Shown here piece by piece: positions 26,086 through 39,665 of a DNA stretch of 64,000 bases. How positions within the stretch are numbered: position 1 is the first letter of the stretch; each line of letters opens with the position of its first letter. A program made the translations under genes and the position numbers. The notes beneath the pieces are model-generated. The model worked only from the letters and a program-made list of their open reading frames with translations, did no database searches and was not told the origin of the DNA. The DNA comes from Leucoraja ocellata (taxonomy: Eukaryota), in the NCBI GenBank assembly GCA_036785375.1, contig JAWMAR010000471.1, forward strand, positions 248,001 through 312,000. The letters run 5' to 3'.

Positions 26086-26479
26086 ATGTTTGATGTCATT
26101 GTACCTCATATCAGTATCAGGATGAGGGGTATTCTGAAGTATGTTGTGTTATTTATCCCCGGTCTCTTGCAGGGAATTGTCGAGGCGACGCCGTTTCTCA
26201 GACACCAGCAGCGGTTACAGTGAGTGAAGGGGAGAATGCAAAATTGAGCTGCAACTATACAGCTACAAGCTTGAATAATCTTGGGCTAATCTGGTACCGT
26301 CATTATCCTGGCGGATCCCTTGAGTTTCTGCTGCTCAGAACGACATACAAAGGCGGCGAGAAGAACAATGCCGGGGACCGTTTTTCTGCTGAGCTCGACC
26401 GTTCGACAGGAACGGTCCCGCTGACGGTGTCACAAACGCGGCTCCGAGACTCGGCGATGTATTACTGCGCTCTGAACCC
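25628..26479 (+). CDS. TRAV: TCR V family A unit 17 (intact)
   Basis: V exon 26173-26479. RSS CACGGTG 26480, ACAAAAACT 26510-26518. Poly-G run in the intron. Confidence 0.88.
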
Positions 26480-27204
26480 CACGGTGGCGCAGAATTGGGC
26501 TGAGCCGGTACAAAAACTATCAGAGATCACCGTCAGATTGCAGCGCGTTTGTCAGCATCGGCGCACCCTTGTTGATTGCTGCAACCGTCCCAACGCCAGT
26601 GTATTTGCTGTCATTAATACACTAGTTTTGAATGTTAAAAAACCCATGATACAGACAAATATTAGACAAATATTAGGTTCTCGAACACTACACAGCACTA
26701 AAAGATGAACCATCAAATGTCTTCGATTGCATTAAGCACTTCATGCATCTTATGCACATGGACGTGGTTGTTAATTTATTGAATTTTGTTTATTACAAGG
26801 ACTTTGGGATTTTTGCCTTCCTTTACAATGAGGAGGTGCCTGTTGGACTCACTGTGGTGGATGTTAAAACCATTTCGTTGTACTGTAAATATGCAAGGAC
26901 AATAAAGTTGAATCTAATCTAATTATATATTGTACTTCCGGTCTTGCCCCTCCTGTGACGCCCTGGAACAGAAAAGAAAGGACGTTTGAAATGATTGGGC
27001 AACAAAAGCAGTGATGTGATTGTCAGAATTAAGAAACTTCGGGGAGCTGGAGAACAAATTAGAACCGCGCTGACGGGACGTGACGCTGTCAACAATAAGC
27101 CAATGAATGAAGAACCTAGACCACAGCTCTTTTACAATATCAGTTTAAACCTGTTTCCCGGTGAGACCATTTCAGTTCATATTCACTCTCAATGCAATTA
27201 CAAC

Positions 27205-28062
27205 ATGCTGGCCTTGACAATGTATTGGCTTCTTACAGCTGCAGCTCTCTTAACCGGTAAGTTCACCACGTTTCCAATACTGTAGGCCTCGATATTTAAC
27301 TAACCGAATACCTTGAATGCAACACAACGACTTTAGAAAGGCAGTCCGTATGAGGACAGTAAACGCAGAGGACATTAGGAAAAAATACTCAGTTTCACAG
27401 TAATTGATGTTCGGAAATTCGAGGTGAGTTTCCAGGTTAATTGTTGGAAAGCAGCAACGATGGTGAAGCATCATATAGTTAGAACACACCGGTGGTCCCC
27501 GTACGAGTGATCCGCGATTTCCCCCTTCCTCCCCGGAAACAATAACGACGTCCAGTCGGATGGAACGGGTCGGATTATCTTTAAAGATCAATTCATTCGG
27601 TAATTCCCAGCGCCTTTCCGCCCATCTTTATTTAGCTTTTGGGGGAGGGGTATGTTTGATGTAATTGTACCTCATATCAGTATCAGGATGAGGGGTATTC
27701 TGAAGTATTAGTTGAATTAGGTGATGTTGTGTTATTTATCCCCGGACTCTTGCAGGTAATTGTCGAGGCGACGCCGTTTCTCAGACACCGGCAGCGGTTA
27801 CAGTGAGTGAAGGGGATGACGCACAGTTGAACTGCAGTTATACAGCTACAAGATCGAGCAGCCTTGGACTAATCTGGTACCGTCAGTATCCCGGCGGATC
27901 CCTTGAGTTTCTGCTGCTGAGAACGACATACAAAGGCGGCGAGAAGAACAATGCCGGGGACCGTTTCTCTGCGGGGCTCAACCATTCGACAGGAACGGTC
28001 CCGCTGACGGTGTCACAAACACGGCTCCAAGACTCGGCGATGTATTACTGCGCTCTGAACCC
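27205..28062 (+). CDS. TRAV: TCR V family A unit 18 (intact)
   Basis: V exon 27756-28062. RSS CACGGTG 28063, ACAAAAACT 28093-28101. Confidence 0.9.
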
Positions 28063-28345
28063 CACGGTGGCGCAGAATTGGGCTGAGTCTGCACAAAAAC
28101 TATCAGAGATCCCCGTCAGTTTTCAGCGCGTCCTCGTTCATTGCCCCAACGCCAATGTGTTTGCTGTTATTAATAGAAGATTTTTAAATATTAAAAAAAA
28201 CATGACAATGGGTTGAAGAATAGCTTCTAACACACATACATTAGGTTCTTGAACACACCACAGCACCAACAGATGGACTATGCACTGTCTCTGGTTGCAT
28301 TAAGCGGTTCATACTCTTATGCAGATGGGCTAGATTGTTAATTTA

Positions 28346-29391
28346 TAACATGATAACCATATAACAATTACAGCATGGAAACCGGCCATCACAGTCCTTC
28401 TAGTCCGAGCCGGACACTTATTCTCACCTCGTCTCATCTCCCAGCACTCAGACCATAACACTCCATTCCTTTCCCGTCCATATACACATCCAATTAATTA
28501 TTAAATGATAAAATCGAACCTGCCTCCACCACCTCCACTGGAAGCTCATTCCACACAGCCACCACTCTCTGAGTAAAGAAGTTCCCCCTCATGTTACCCC
28601 TAAACTTCTGCCCCTTAATTCTCAAATCATGTCCTCGTGTTTGAATATTCCCTACTCTCAATGGAAAACGCTTATCCACGTCAACTCTGTCTATCCCTCT
28701 CACCATTTAAAGACCAATATCAAGTACCCCCTTAACCTTCTGCGCTCCAAAGAATTATAGACCTATCGTAGGAACATGGGAACATAGAAAATAGGTGCAG
28801 GATGGTGCCATTCTGCCCTTCGAGCCTGCACCGCCATTCACTATGATCATGGCTGATCATCCAACTCAGTATCCTGTACCTGCCTTCTCTCCATACCCCT
28901 TGATGCCTTTAGCCACAAGGGCCACATCTAACTCCCTCTTAAACATAGCCAATGAACTGGCCTAAACTAACTTCTGTGGCAGAGAATTCCAGAGATTCAC
29001 CACTCTCTGTGTGAAAAATGTTTTTCTCATCTCGGTCCTAACATATTTCCTTCTTATCCTTGAACTGTGACCCCTTGTTCTGGACTTCCCCAACATCGGG
29101 AACAATCTTCCTGCATCTAGCCTGCCCAACACCTTAAGAATTTTGTAACTTTCTGTAAGATCCCTCCCCTCAATCTTCAAAATTCTAGCGAATACAAGCC
29201 GAGTCTATCCAGTCTTTTTTCATATGATAGTCCTGCCATCCCATGAATCAGTCTGGTGAAACTTCTCTGTACTCCCTCTATGGCAAGAAGGTCTTTCCTC
29301 AGATTAGCAGATCAAAACTGTACTCAAGTGTGGTCACACCAAGACCCTGGACAACTGCAGTAGAACCTCTCTGCTCCTATACTCAAATCCC
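28346..29391 (-). mobile_element. Composite CR1 fragments (copy 2)
   Basis: Same composite and junctions as 19040-20080. Confidence 0.88.
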
Positions 29392-29778
29392 GGTCCAACG
29401 CCAGTGTGTTTGCTGTCATTAAGACTCTATTTTTTAATTAAAAATCCCATGACAATTGGGTTGAAGAATAATGTATTGAATTTTGTTTATTGTACATTGT
29501 ACTTCAGGCCTTGCCCCTCCTGTGACGTAATGGAACAGAAAACAAAGGAGGTTTGAGATGATTGGGCAACAAAAGCAGTGATGTGATTGGCGGAATTGTA
29601 AACTGAGTTAATTCGGGGAGTTGGAGAACAAATTAACTCTGCGTTGAGGGGATGTGACGCTGACAAGAATAAGCCAATGAATGAAGAACATCGACCACAC
29701 CCCTTTCACAATATCAGATTAAACCTGTTTCCGGGTGAGACCATTTCAGTTCATATTCACTCTCAATGCAATTACAAC

Positions 29779-30635
29779 ATGCTGGCCTTGACAATGTATT
29801 GGCTTCTTACAGCTGCAGCTCTGTTAACCGGTAAGCTCACCCCGTTTCCAATAATGTAGTGCGTGATATTTAATCAACCAAATACCTTGAATGCAACACA
29901 ACAACTTTAGAAAGGGAGTCCGTATGTGGAAAGTAAACGCAGAGCACATTGGGAAAAAAGATGCAGTTTCACAGTAATTGATGTTCGGAAATTTGAGGTG
30001 AGTTTCCAGGTTAATTGTTGGAAAGCAGCGCCGACGGAGAAGCATCGTAGAGTTAGAGCACACCGGTGGTTCACGTATAAATGATCTACGATTTCCCCTT
30101 CTTCCACGGATGCAATAACGACGTCCAGTCGGATGGAACGGGTTGGGTTATCTTTAAAGATAAATTTATTCGGTAATTCCCAGCGCCTTTCCGCCCATCT
30201 TAATTTAGCTTTTAGAGGAGGGGTATGTTTGATGTCATTGTATCTCATATCAGTATCAGGATGAGGGGTATTCTGAAGCATGAGCTGAATTAGGTGATGT
30301 TGTGTTATTTATCCCCGGTCTCTTGCAGGGAATTGTCGAGGCGACGCCGTTTCTCAGTCACCGGCAGCGGTTACAGTGAGTGAAGGGGATGACGCACAGT
30401 TGAACTGCAGCTACACAGCTACAAGCTCGAACAATCCTGGTCTTATCTGGTACCGTCAGTATCCCGGCGGATCCCTTGAGTTTCTGCTGCTCATAACGAC
30501 ATACAAAGGCGGCGAGAAGACCAACGCCGGGGACCGTTTTTCTGCTGAGCTCAACCATTCGACAGGAACGGTCCCGCTGACGGTGTCACCAACGCGGCTC
30601 CGAGACTCGGCGATGTATTACTGCGCTCTAAACCC
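29779..30635 (+). CDS. TRAV: TCR V family A unit 19 (intact ORF, variant nonamer)
   Basis: V exon 30329-30635. RSS CACGGTG 30636, ATAAAAACT 30666-30674. Confidence 0.88.
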
Positions 30636-30946
30636 CACGGTGGCGCAGAATTGGGCTGAGCCTGTATAAAAACTATCAGAGATCCCCGTCAGTTTCCAGC
30701 GCGTTTGTCAGCATCGGCGCGTCCTCGTTGATTGCTGCACCCGTCCCGACGCCAGTGTGTTTGCTGTCATTAATAGACGATTTTTAAGTATTTAAAAAAA
30801 CACGACAATTGGGTTGAAGAATAGCTTCTAACAAACATACATTAGGTTCTAGAACACACCACAGCAACAACAGATGAACTATGCACTGTCTCAGGTTGCA
30901 TAAAGCGGTTCATACTCTTATGCACATGGGCTAGGTTGTTAATTTA

Positions 30947-31997
30947 TAACCTGATAACCGTATAGCAATTATGGCATGGAAACCGGCCATCACAGTCCTT
31001 CTAGTCCGAGCCGAACATTTATTCTCACCTCGTCTCATCTGCCTGCACTCAGACCATAACCCTCCATTCCTTTCCTGTCTATATACCTATCCAATGTATT
31101 TTTAAATGAAAAAATCGAACCTGCCTCCACCACTTCCACTGGAAGCTCGTTCCACACAGCCACCACTCTCTGAGTAAAGAAGTTCCCCCTCATGTTACCC
31201 CTAAACATCTGCCCTTTAATTCTCAAATCATGTCCTCGTGTTTGAATATTCCCTACTCTCAGTGGAAAACGCTTATCCAAGTCAACTCTGTCTATCTCTC
31301 TCATCATTTAAAAAATCATTTAGGAGGTACCTCTATCAAGTACCTCCTTAACCTTCAGCGCTCCAAAGAATAAAGACCTAACTTAGGAACATGGAAACAT
31401 AGAAAATAGGTGCAGGATGATGCCATTCGGCCCTTCGAGCCTGCACCGCCATTCAATATGATCATGGCTGATCATCCAACTCAGTATCCTGTACCTGCGT
31501 TCTCTCCATACCTCTTGATGCCTTTAGCCACAAGGGCCACAACTAACTCCCTCTTAAGCATAGCCAATGAACTGGCCTCAACTAACTTCTGTGGCAGAGA
31601 ATTCCAGAGATTCACCACTCTCTGTGTGAAAAATGTTTTTCTCATCTCGATCCTAAAATATCCTTCTTATCCTTGAACTGTGACTCCTTGTTCTGGACTT
31701 CCCCAACACCGAGAACAATCTTCCTGCATCTAGCCTGCCCAACCCCTTAAGAATTTTGTAACTTTCTATAAGATCCCCCCTGAATCTTCTAAATTCTAGC
31801 GAGTACAAGCCGAGTCTATCCAGTCTTTCTTCATATGATAGTCCTGACATCCCATGAATCAGTCTGGTGAACCTTCTCTGTACTCCCTCTATGGCAAGAA
31901 TGTCTTTCCTCAGATTAACAGATCAAATCTCAAGTGTGGTCATACCAAGACCCTGGACAACTGCAGTAGAACCTCTCTGCTCCTATACTCAAATCCC
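30947..31997 (-). mobile_element. Composite CR1 fragments (copy 3)
   Basis: Same composite. Translates to LSYEERLDRLGLYSLEFRR..GDLIESYKIL. Confidence 0.88.
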
Positions 31998-32385
31998 GGC
32001 CCAACGCCAGTGTGTTTGCTGTCATTAAGACACGATTTTTTAATTAAAAAAAACCATGACAATTGGGTTGAAGAATAATTTATTGAATTTTGTTTGTTGT
32101 ACATTGTACTTCAGGCCTTGCCCCTCCTGTGACGTAATGGAGCAGAAAATAAAGGAGGTTTGAGATGATTGGGCAACAAAAGCAGTGATGTGATTGGCGG
32201 AATTGTAAACTGAGTTAATTCGGGGAGTTGGAGAACAAATTAATTCTGCGCTGAGGAGATGTGACGCTGTCAAGAATAAGCCAATGAATGAAGAGCCTAG
32301 ACCACACCCCTTTCACAATATCAGATTAAACGTGTTTCCGGGTGAGACCATTTCAGTTCATATTCACTCTCAATGTAATTACAAC

Positions 32386-33243
32386 ATGCTGGCCTTGACA
32401 ATGTATTGGCTTCTTACAGCTGCAGCTCTCTTAACCGGTAAGTTCTCCACGTTTCCAATAATGTAATGCGTGATATTTAATCAACCGAATACCTTGAATG
32501 CAACACAACGCCTTTAGAAAGGGAGTCCGTATGAGGACAGTAAACACAGAGCACATTATGAAAAAAGATGCAGTTTCACAGTAATTGATGTTCGGAAATT
32601 CGAGGTGAGTTTCCAGGTTAATTGTTGGAAAGCAGCCGCGATGGTGAAGCATCGTAGAGTTAGAGCACACCGGTGGTTCACGCACGAGTGATCTACGATT
32701 TCCCCCTGCCTCCCCGAAAGCAATAACGACGTCAAGTCCGATGAAACGGGTTGGATTATCATTAAAGATAAATGTGTTCGGTAATTCCCAGCGCCTTTCC
32801 GCCCATCTTTATTTAGCTTTTGGAGGAGGGGTATGTTTGATGTCATTGTACCTCATATCAGTATCAGGATGAGGGGTATTCTGAAGTATGAGCTGAATTA
32901 GGTGATGTTGTGTTATTTATCCCCGCTCTCTTGCAGGGAATTGTCGAGGCGACACCGTTTCTCAGACACCGGCAGCGGTTAGAGTGAGTGAAGGGGAGGA
33001 TACAAAATTGAGCTGCAACTATACAGTTACAAGCACGGGCAGCTCTGGACTAATCTGGTACCGTCAGTATCCCGGCGGATCCCTTGAGTTTGTGCTGCTC
33101 AGAACGACATACAAAGGCGGCGAGAAGAACAATGCCGGGGACCGTTTTTCTGCGGAGATCAACCATTCGACAGGAGCGGTCCCGCTGACGGTGTCACAAA
33201 CGCGGCTCCGAGACTCGGCGACGTATTACTGCGCTCTGAACCC
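32386..33243 (+). CDS. TRAV: TCR V family A unit 20 (intact)
   Basis: V exon 32937-33243. RSS CACGGTG 33244, ACAAAAACA 33274-33282. Confidence 0.9.
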
Positions 33244-34052
33244 CACGGTGGCGCAGAATTGGGCTGAGCCTGTACAAAAACAATCAGAGATCCCCGTCAG
33301 TTTGCAGCGCGTTTGTCAGCATCGGCGCGCCCTTGTTGATTGCTGCACCCGTCCCAAAGCCAGTGTATTTGCTGTCATTAATACACGAGTTTTGAATGTT
33401 AAAAAACCCCATGATAATTGGGTTTATGAATAGCTTCTAACAGACAAATATTAGGTTATTGAACACTACACAGCACTAAAAGATGAACCATCAAATGTTT
33501 TCGGTTGCATTAAGCACTTCATGCATCTTATACACATGGACCTGGGTGTTAAATTATTGAATTTTGTTTATTACAAGGACTTTGGGATTTTTGCCTTTCT
33601 TCACAGTGAGGCGGTGCCTGGTGGACTCACTGTGGTGGATGTTAAAACTGTGTCGAGTGTGTGTTTTGTTATTTTATTCTATGTTATGACAGCTCGGTTA
33701 AACCATTTCGTTGTACTATAAATGTGCAATGACAATAAAGTTAAATCTAATCTAATCCAATTTAATTATATATTGTACTTCCGGCCTTGCCCCTCCTGTG
33801 ACGTAATTGGACCAGAAAACAAAGGAGGTGTGAGAAGATGGGGCAACAAAAGCTGTGATGTGATTGGCGGAATTAAGAAACTGAATTCGGGGAGTTGGAG
33901 AACAAATTAGCTCCGCGCCGACGGGACGTGACGCTGTCAAGAATAAGCCAATGAATGAAGAACCTAGACCACAGCTCTTTCACAATATCAGATTAAACCT
34001 GTTTCCGGGTGAGACTATTTCAGTTCATATTCACTCTCAATGCAATTACAAC

Positions 34053-34909
34053 ATGCTGGCCTTGACAATGTATTGGCTTCTTACAGCTGCAGCCCTCTTA
34101 ACCGGTAAGTTCAGGACATTTCCAATACTGTAGGAACTGATATTTAATCAACCAAATACCTTGAATGCAACAGAATGACTTTAGAAAGGGAGTCCGTATG
34201 AGGACAGTAAACGCAGAGCACATATGCAAAAAGATGCAGTTTCACAGTAATTGATGTTCGGAAATTCGAGGTGAGTTTCCAGGTTAATTGTTGAAATGCA
34301 GCCCCAACGGAGAAGCATCGTAGCGTTAGAACACACCGGCGGTTCACGCACGAGGGATCTACGATTTCCCCCTTCCTCCCCGGAAGCAATAACGACGTCC
34401 AGTCCGATGGAACGGGTTGGATTATCTGTAAAGATCAATTTATTCGGTAATTCCCAGCGCCTTTCCGCCCATCTTTATTTAGCTTTTGGGGGAGGGGTAT
34501 GTTTGATGTCATTGTACCTCATATCAGTATCAGGATGAGGGATATTCTGAAATATGAGCTGAATTAGGTGATGTTGTGTTATTTTTCCCCGGATTCTTTC
34601 AGGGAATTGTCGAGGCGACGCCGTTTCTCAGACACCGGCAGCGGTTACAGTGAGTGAAGGGGATGATACAAAATTGAGCTGCAACTATACAGCTACAAGC
34701 GCGACCAATCTTGGTCTTATCTGGTACCGTCAGTATCCCGGCGGATCCCTTGAGTTTCTGCTGCTCAGAATGAAATACGAAGCCGCCCCGAAGAACAATG
34801 CCGGGGAACGTTTCTCTGCGGAGCTCGACCATTCGACAGGAACGGTCCCGCTGACGGTGTCACAAACGCGGCTCCGAGACTCGGCGATGTATTACTGCGC
34901 TCTAAACCC
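34053..34909 (+). CDS. TRAV: TCR V family A unit 21 (intact ORF, variant nonamer)
   Basis: V exon 34603-34909. RSS CACGGTG 34910, ACAAATACT 34940-34948. Confidence 0.87.
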
Positions 34910-35457
34910 CACGGTGGCGCAGAATTGGGCTGAGCCTGCACAAATACTACCAGTGTACCCACTCACGTATCACCGCGTAAGCACAACTATCTCAGCATCG
35001 GCGCGTCTTCGTTGATTGCTGCTTCCGTTCCAACGCCAGTGTGTTTGCTGTCATGATTATACGATTAATAAATAATTGAAAAAACATAATAATTGGGTTG
35101 AAAAATAGCTTTTAACAAACAAATATTAAGTTATTGAACACTACACAACACTAAAAGATGAACTATGGAATGTATTCGGTGGCATTAAGCACTTCATGCA
35201 TATTATGCACATGGACCTGGTTGTTAATTTATTAAATTTTGTTTATTACAAGGACTTTGGGACTTTTGCCTTCCATCACAGTGAGGAGGTGCCTGGTGTA
35301 CTCACTGTGGTGAATGTTAAAACTGTGTTGAGTGTGTGTTTTGTTATTTTATTCTATGTTATGACAGCTCGGTTAAACCATTTCGTTGTACTGTAAATGT
35401 GCAATGACAATAAAGTTGAATCTAATCTAATCTAATCTAATTATATATTGTCCTTCC

Positions 35458-35946
35458 TTTGTATTGTATTGTATTGTATTCAAATTTATTGTCATTGTCT
35501 CAATTTGAGACAACGAAATGAATTTTCCTTACAGGCAGTATCATTAAAAAAATCACAAAGAAATTATAAAAATAAATAATAAATAAATAATAAAACATAT
35601 TAAAAATAAAATTGAAATTGAATTAAAATTAAAAAAAAAAGCACAGATACAGAAGTCCACGACACAACATAACATAAATGGCACCCAGGTGAGGACGGCA
35701 CCATAGTCCAGCCATGGTGGGGGGGGGGGGGGGGGGGGGGCGAGGACGCGACTCGAATAATAGTCACGTCCTCACCAGGAAGCGGCTGAAGTACGGTATC
35801 CCCCGCACCGTGCCCTCTTCCCCCACATAAAAAACACAAAAAAACACAAAAAAACACACTTTTACATAAATAAATAAACAAAAAAACAAAAAGATACCGG
35901 GCTGTAGGTGGAGGCTGCTGGCACCATCGCCACCGGAAGTACAATA
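35458..35946 (-). mobile_element. Unclassified non-autonomous retroelement inserted at the promoter Ets site
   Basis: Interrupts the conserved tattgtacttcc|ggtcttgcccc. Minus-strand AATAAA and (CAATA)n tail. Found only in this unit. Confidence 0.65.
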
Positions 35947-36213
35947 CCGGTCTTGCCCCTCCTGTGACGCCCTGGAACAGAAAAGAAAGGACGTTTGAAA
36001 TGATTGGGCAACAAAAGCAGTGATGTGATTGGCAGAATTAAGAAAAATCGGGGAGCTGGAGAACAAATTAGCTCCGCGCTGACGGGACGTGACGCTGTCA
36101 AGAATAAGCCAATGAATGAAGAACCTAGACCACAGCTCTTTTACAATATCAGATTAAACCTGTTTCCGGGTGAGACCATTTCAGTTCATATTCACTCTCA
36201 ATGCAATTACATC

Positions 36214-37071
36214 ATGCTGGCCTTGACAATGTATTGGCTTCTTACAGCTGCAGCTCTCTTAACCGGTAAGTTCACCACGTTTCCATTATTGTAGGAACTG
36301 ACATTTAATCAACCAAATGCCTTGAATGCAACACAATGACTTTAGAAAGGGAGTCCGTATGAGGACAGTAAACGCAGAGCACATATGCAAAAAGATGCAG
36401 TTTCACAGTAATTGATGTTCGGAAATGTGAGGTGAGTTTCCAGGTTAATTGTTGGAAAGCAACCGCGATGGTGAAGCATCGTAGAGTTAGAACACACCGG
36501 CGGTTCACGCACGAGTGAACTACGATTCCCTTTTCCCTCCCCGGAAGCAATAACGACGTCCAGTCCGATGGAACGGGTTGTAATATCTTTAAAGATGAAT
36601 CAATTAGACATTTCCTACCGCCTTTCCGCCCATCTTTATTTAGCTTTTAGAGGAGGGGTATGTTTGATGTCATTGTACCTCATATCAGTATCAGGATGAG
36701 GGGTATTCTGAAATATGAGCTTAATTAGATGATGTTGTGTTTTTTTATTCCCGGACTCTTGCAGGGAATTGTCGAGGCGACGCCGTTTCTCAGACACCGG
36801 CAGCGGTTACAGTGAGTGAAGGGGATGACGCACAGTTGAACTGCAGCTATACAGCTACAAGCTCGGACAATCCTGGTCTTATCTGGTACCGTCAGTTTCC
36901 CGGCGGATCCCTTGAGTTTCTGCTGCTCAGAATGAAATACGAAGTCGCCCCGAAGAACAATGCCGGTGAACGCTTCTCTGCGGAGCTCGACCTTTTGGCA
37001 GGAACGGTCCCGCTGACGGTGTCACAAACGAGGCTCCGAGACTCGGCGGTGTATTACTGCGCTCTGAGCCC
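36214..37071 (+). CDS. TRAV: TCR V family A unit 22 (intact)
   Basis: V exon 36765-37071. RSS CACGGAG 37072, ACAAAAACT 37102-37110. Confidence 0.9.
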
Positions 37072-37430
37072 CACGGAGGCGCAGAATTGGGCTGAGCCTG
37101 TACAAAAACTCAAAGCGGACCCAGTCACGTATCAGCGCGTGGAACTGTGTCAGCATCGGGCCTTCCTCGCTGAATGCTGCATCCGTCCCACCGCCTGTAT
37201 GTACCACCAGATTCTCATATTTAAACATTAGGTTCCTGAACAATACACAGCAGTAACAGATGAACAATGAACTGTCTTCGGTTGCACTAAGCACTTCATG
37301 CCTTTCGTGTACATGAATGTTGCTGTTTATTTATTGAATTTTGTTTATTGTATATTATACTTCAGACCTTGCCCCTCCTGTGACGTCATGGAGCAGAAAA
37401 CAAAGGAGGTTTGAGATGATTGGGCAACAA

Positions 37431-37790
37431 GAGGAAGCGAGCGGGAAAGATCATCTCTGACCCCTCTCACCCTGGCGACAAACTATTTGAATCACTTCCC
37501 TCAGGAAGGCGACTCCGGACTGTCAAAGCTGCCACAGCCAGACATAAAAACAGTTTTTATTCACGAGTAGTTACTCTACTCCAGCCAAATATCTGTAGCC
37601 TCCCTTTGATCTGGTGTTTTGTTGGTTCACATGCTTGATGAATGGTGTTTTATCATGAATGTTTTATTATTATCAATGTTTAGTGTTTTCTGCGTCATTC
37701 GTAACTGTCACTGTATGTTATGTTGTTACTTGTGGGCGGAGCTCCAAGGCATATTCTTTGTATGTGAATACTTGACGAATAAACTTACTT
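37431..37790 (+). mobile_element. Rex1/Babar-like LINE 3' fragment (duplicated copy)
   Basis: ORF 37420 translates to RAGKIISDPSHPGDKLFESLPSGRRLR. Same insertion site as the other copies. Confidence 0.72.
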
Positions 37791-38001
37791 ACAAAAGCAA
37801 TGATGTGATTGGCTGAATTAAGAAACTGTGTGAATTCAGAGAGTTTGAGAACAAATCAGCTCCGCGCCGACGGTCTGTGACGCTGTCAAGAATAAGCCAC
37901 TGAATGAAGAACCTAGACCACACCCCTTTCACAATATCAGATTAAACCTGTTTCCGGGTGAGACCATTTCAGTTCATGTTCACTCTCAATGCAATTACAA
38001 C

Positions 38002-38860
38002 ATGCTGGCCTTGACAATGTATTGGCTTCTTACAGCTGCAGCTCTCTTAACCGGTAAGCTCACCACGTTTCCAATAATGTAGGGCATGATATTTAATCAA
38101 CCAAATACCTTGAATGCAACACAACGACTTTAGAAAGGGAGTCCGTATGACGACAATAAACGCAGAGCACATTTGGAAAAAAAGATGCAGTTTCACAGTA
38201 ATTGATGTTCGGAAATTCGAGGTGAGTTTCCAGGTTAATTGTTGGAAAGCAGCCACGATGGTGAAGCATCATATAGTTAGAACACACCGGTGGTCCCCGT
38301 ACGAGTGATCCACGATTTCCCCCTTCCTCCCCGGAAGCAATAACGACGTCCAGTCCGATGAAACAGGTTGGATTATCTTTAAAGATCAATTTATTCGGTA
38401 ATTCCCAGCGCATTTCCGCCCATCTTCGTTTAGCTTTTAACGGAGGGGTATGTGTGATGTCATTGTACCTCATATCAGTATCAGGACGAGGGCTATTCTG
38501 AAGTATGAGCTGAATTAGGTGATGTTGTGTTATTTATCCCCGCTCTCTTGCAGGGAATTGTCGAGGCGACGCCGTTTCTCAGACACCGGCAGCGGTTACA
38601 GTGAGTGAAGGGGATGACGCACAGTTGAACTGCAACTATACAGCTACAAGCACGAACTCTCCTGGACTAATCTGGTACCGTCAGTATCCCGGCGGCTCCC
38701 TTGAGTTTCTGCTGCTCAGAAGGACATACAAAGGCGGCGAGAAGAACAATGCCGGTGACCGTTTTTCTGCTGAGCTCAACCATTCGACAGGAACGGTCCC
38801 GCTGAAGGTGTCACAAACGCGGCTCCGAGACTCGGCGACGTATTACTGCGCTCTGAACCC
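38002..38860 (+). CDS. TRAV: TCR V family A unit 23 (intact)
   Basis: V exon 38554-38860. RSS CACGGTG 38861, ACAAAAACT 38891-38899. Confidence 0.9.
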
Positions 38861-39665
38861 CACGGTGGCTCAGAATTGGGCTGAGCCTCTACAAAAACTA
38901 TCAGAGATGCCCGTCAGTTTGCAGCGCGTTTGTCAGCATCGGCGCGCCCTTGTTGATTGCTGCACCCGTCCCAACGCCAGTGTGTTTACTGTCATTAATA
39001 CACGATTTTTATATATTTAAAAAACCCATGGTAATTGGGTTGAAGAATAGCTTCTAACAAACAAATATTAGGTTATTGAACACTACACAGCACTAATAGA
39101 TGAATTATTAACTGTATTCGGTTGCATTAAGCACGTCATGCAACTTCTGCACATGGACCTGGTTGTTAATGTATTACATTTTGTTTATTACAAGGAATTT
39201 GGGACTTTTGCCTTCCATCACAGTGAGCAGGTGCCTGGTGGACTCACTGTGGTGGATGTTAAAACTGTGTTGAGTGTGTGTTTTTATTCTATGTTATGAC
39301 AGCTCGGTTAAACCATTTCGTTGTACTATAAATGTGCAATGACAATAAAGTTGAATCTAAACTAATCTAATCTAATGATATATTGTACTTCCGGCCTTGC
39401 CCCCCCCGTGACGCAATGGAACAGAAAAGAAAGGAGGTGTGAGATGATTGGGCAACAAAAGCATTGATGTGATTGGCGGAATGAAGAAACTGAGTGAATT
39501 CGGGGAGTTGGAGAACAAATTAGCTCCGCGCCGACGGGACGTGACGCTGTCAAGAATAAGCCAATGAATGAAGAACATCGACCACACCCCTTTCACAATA
39601 TCAGATTAAACCTGTTTCCGGGTGAGACCATTTCAGTTCATATTCACTCTCAATGCAATTACAAC

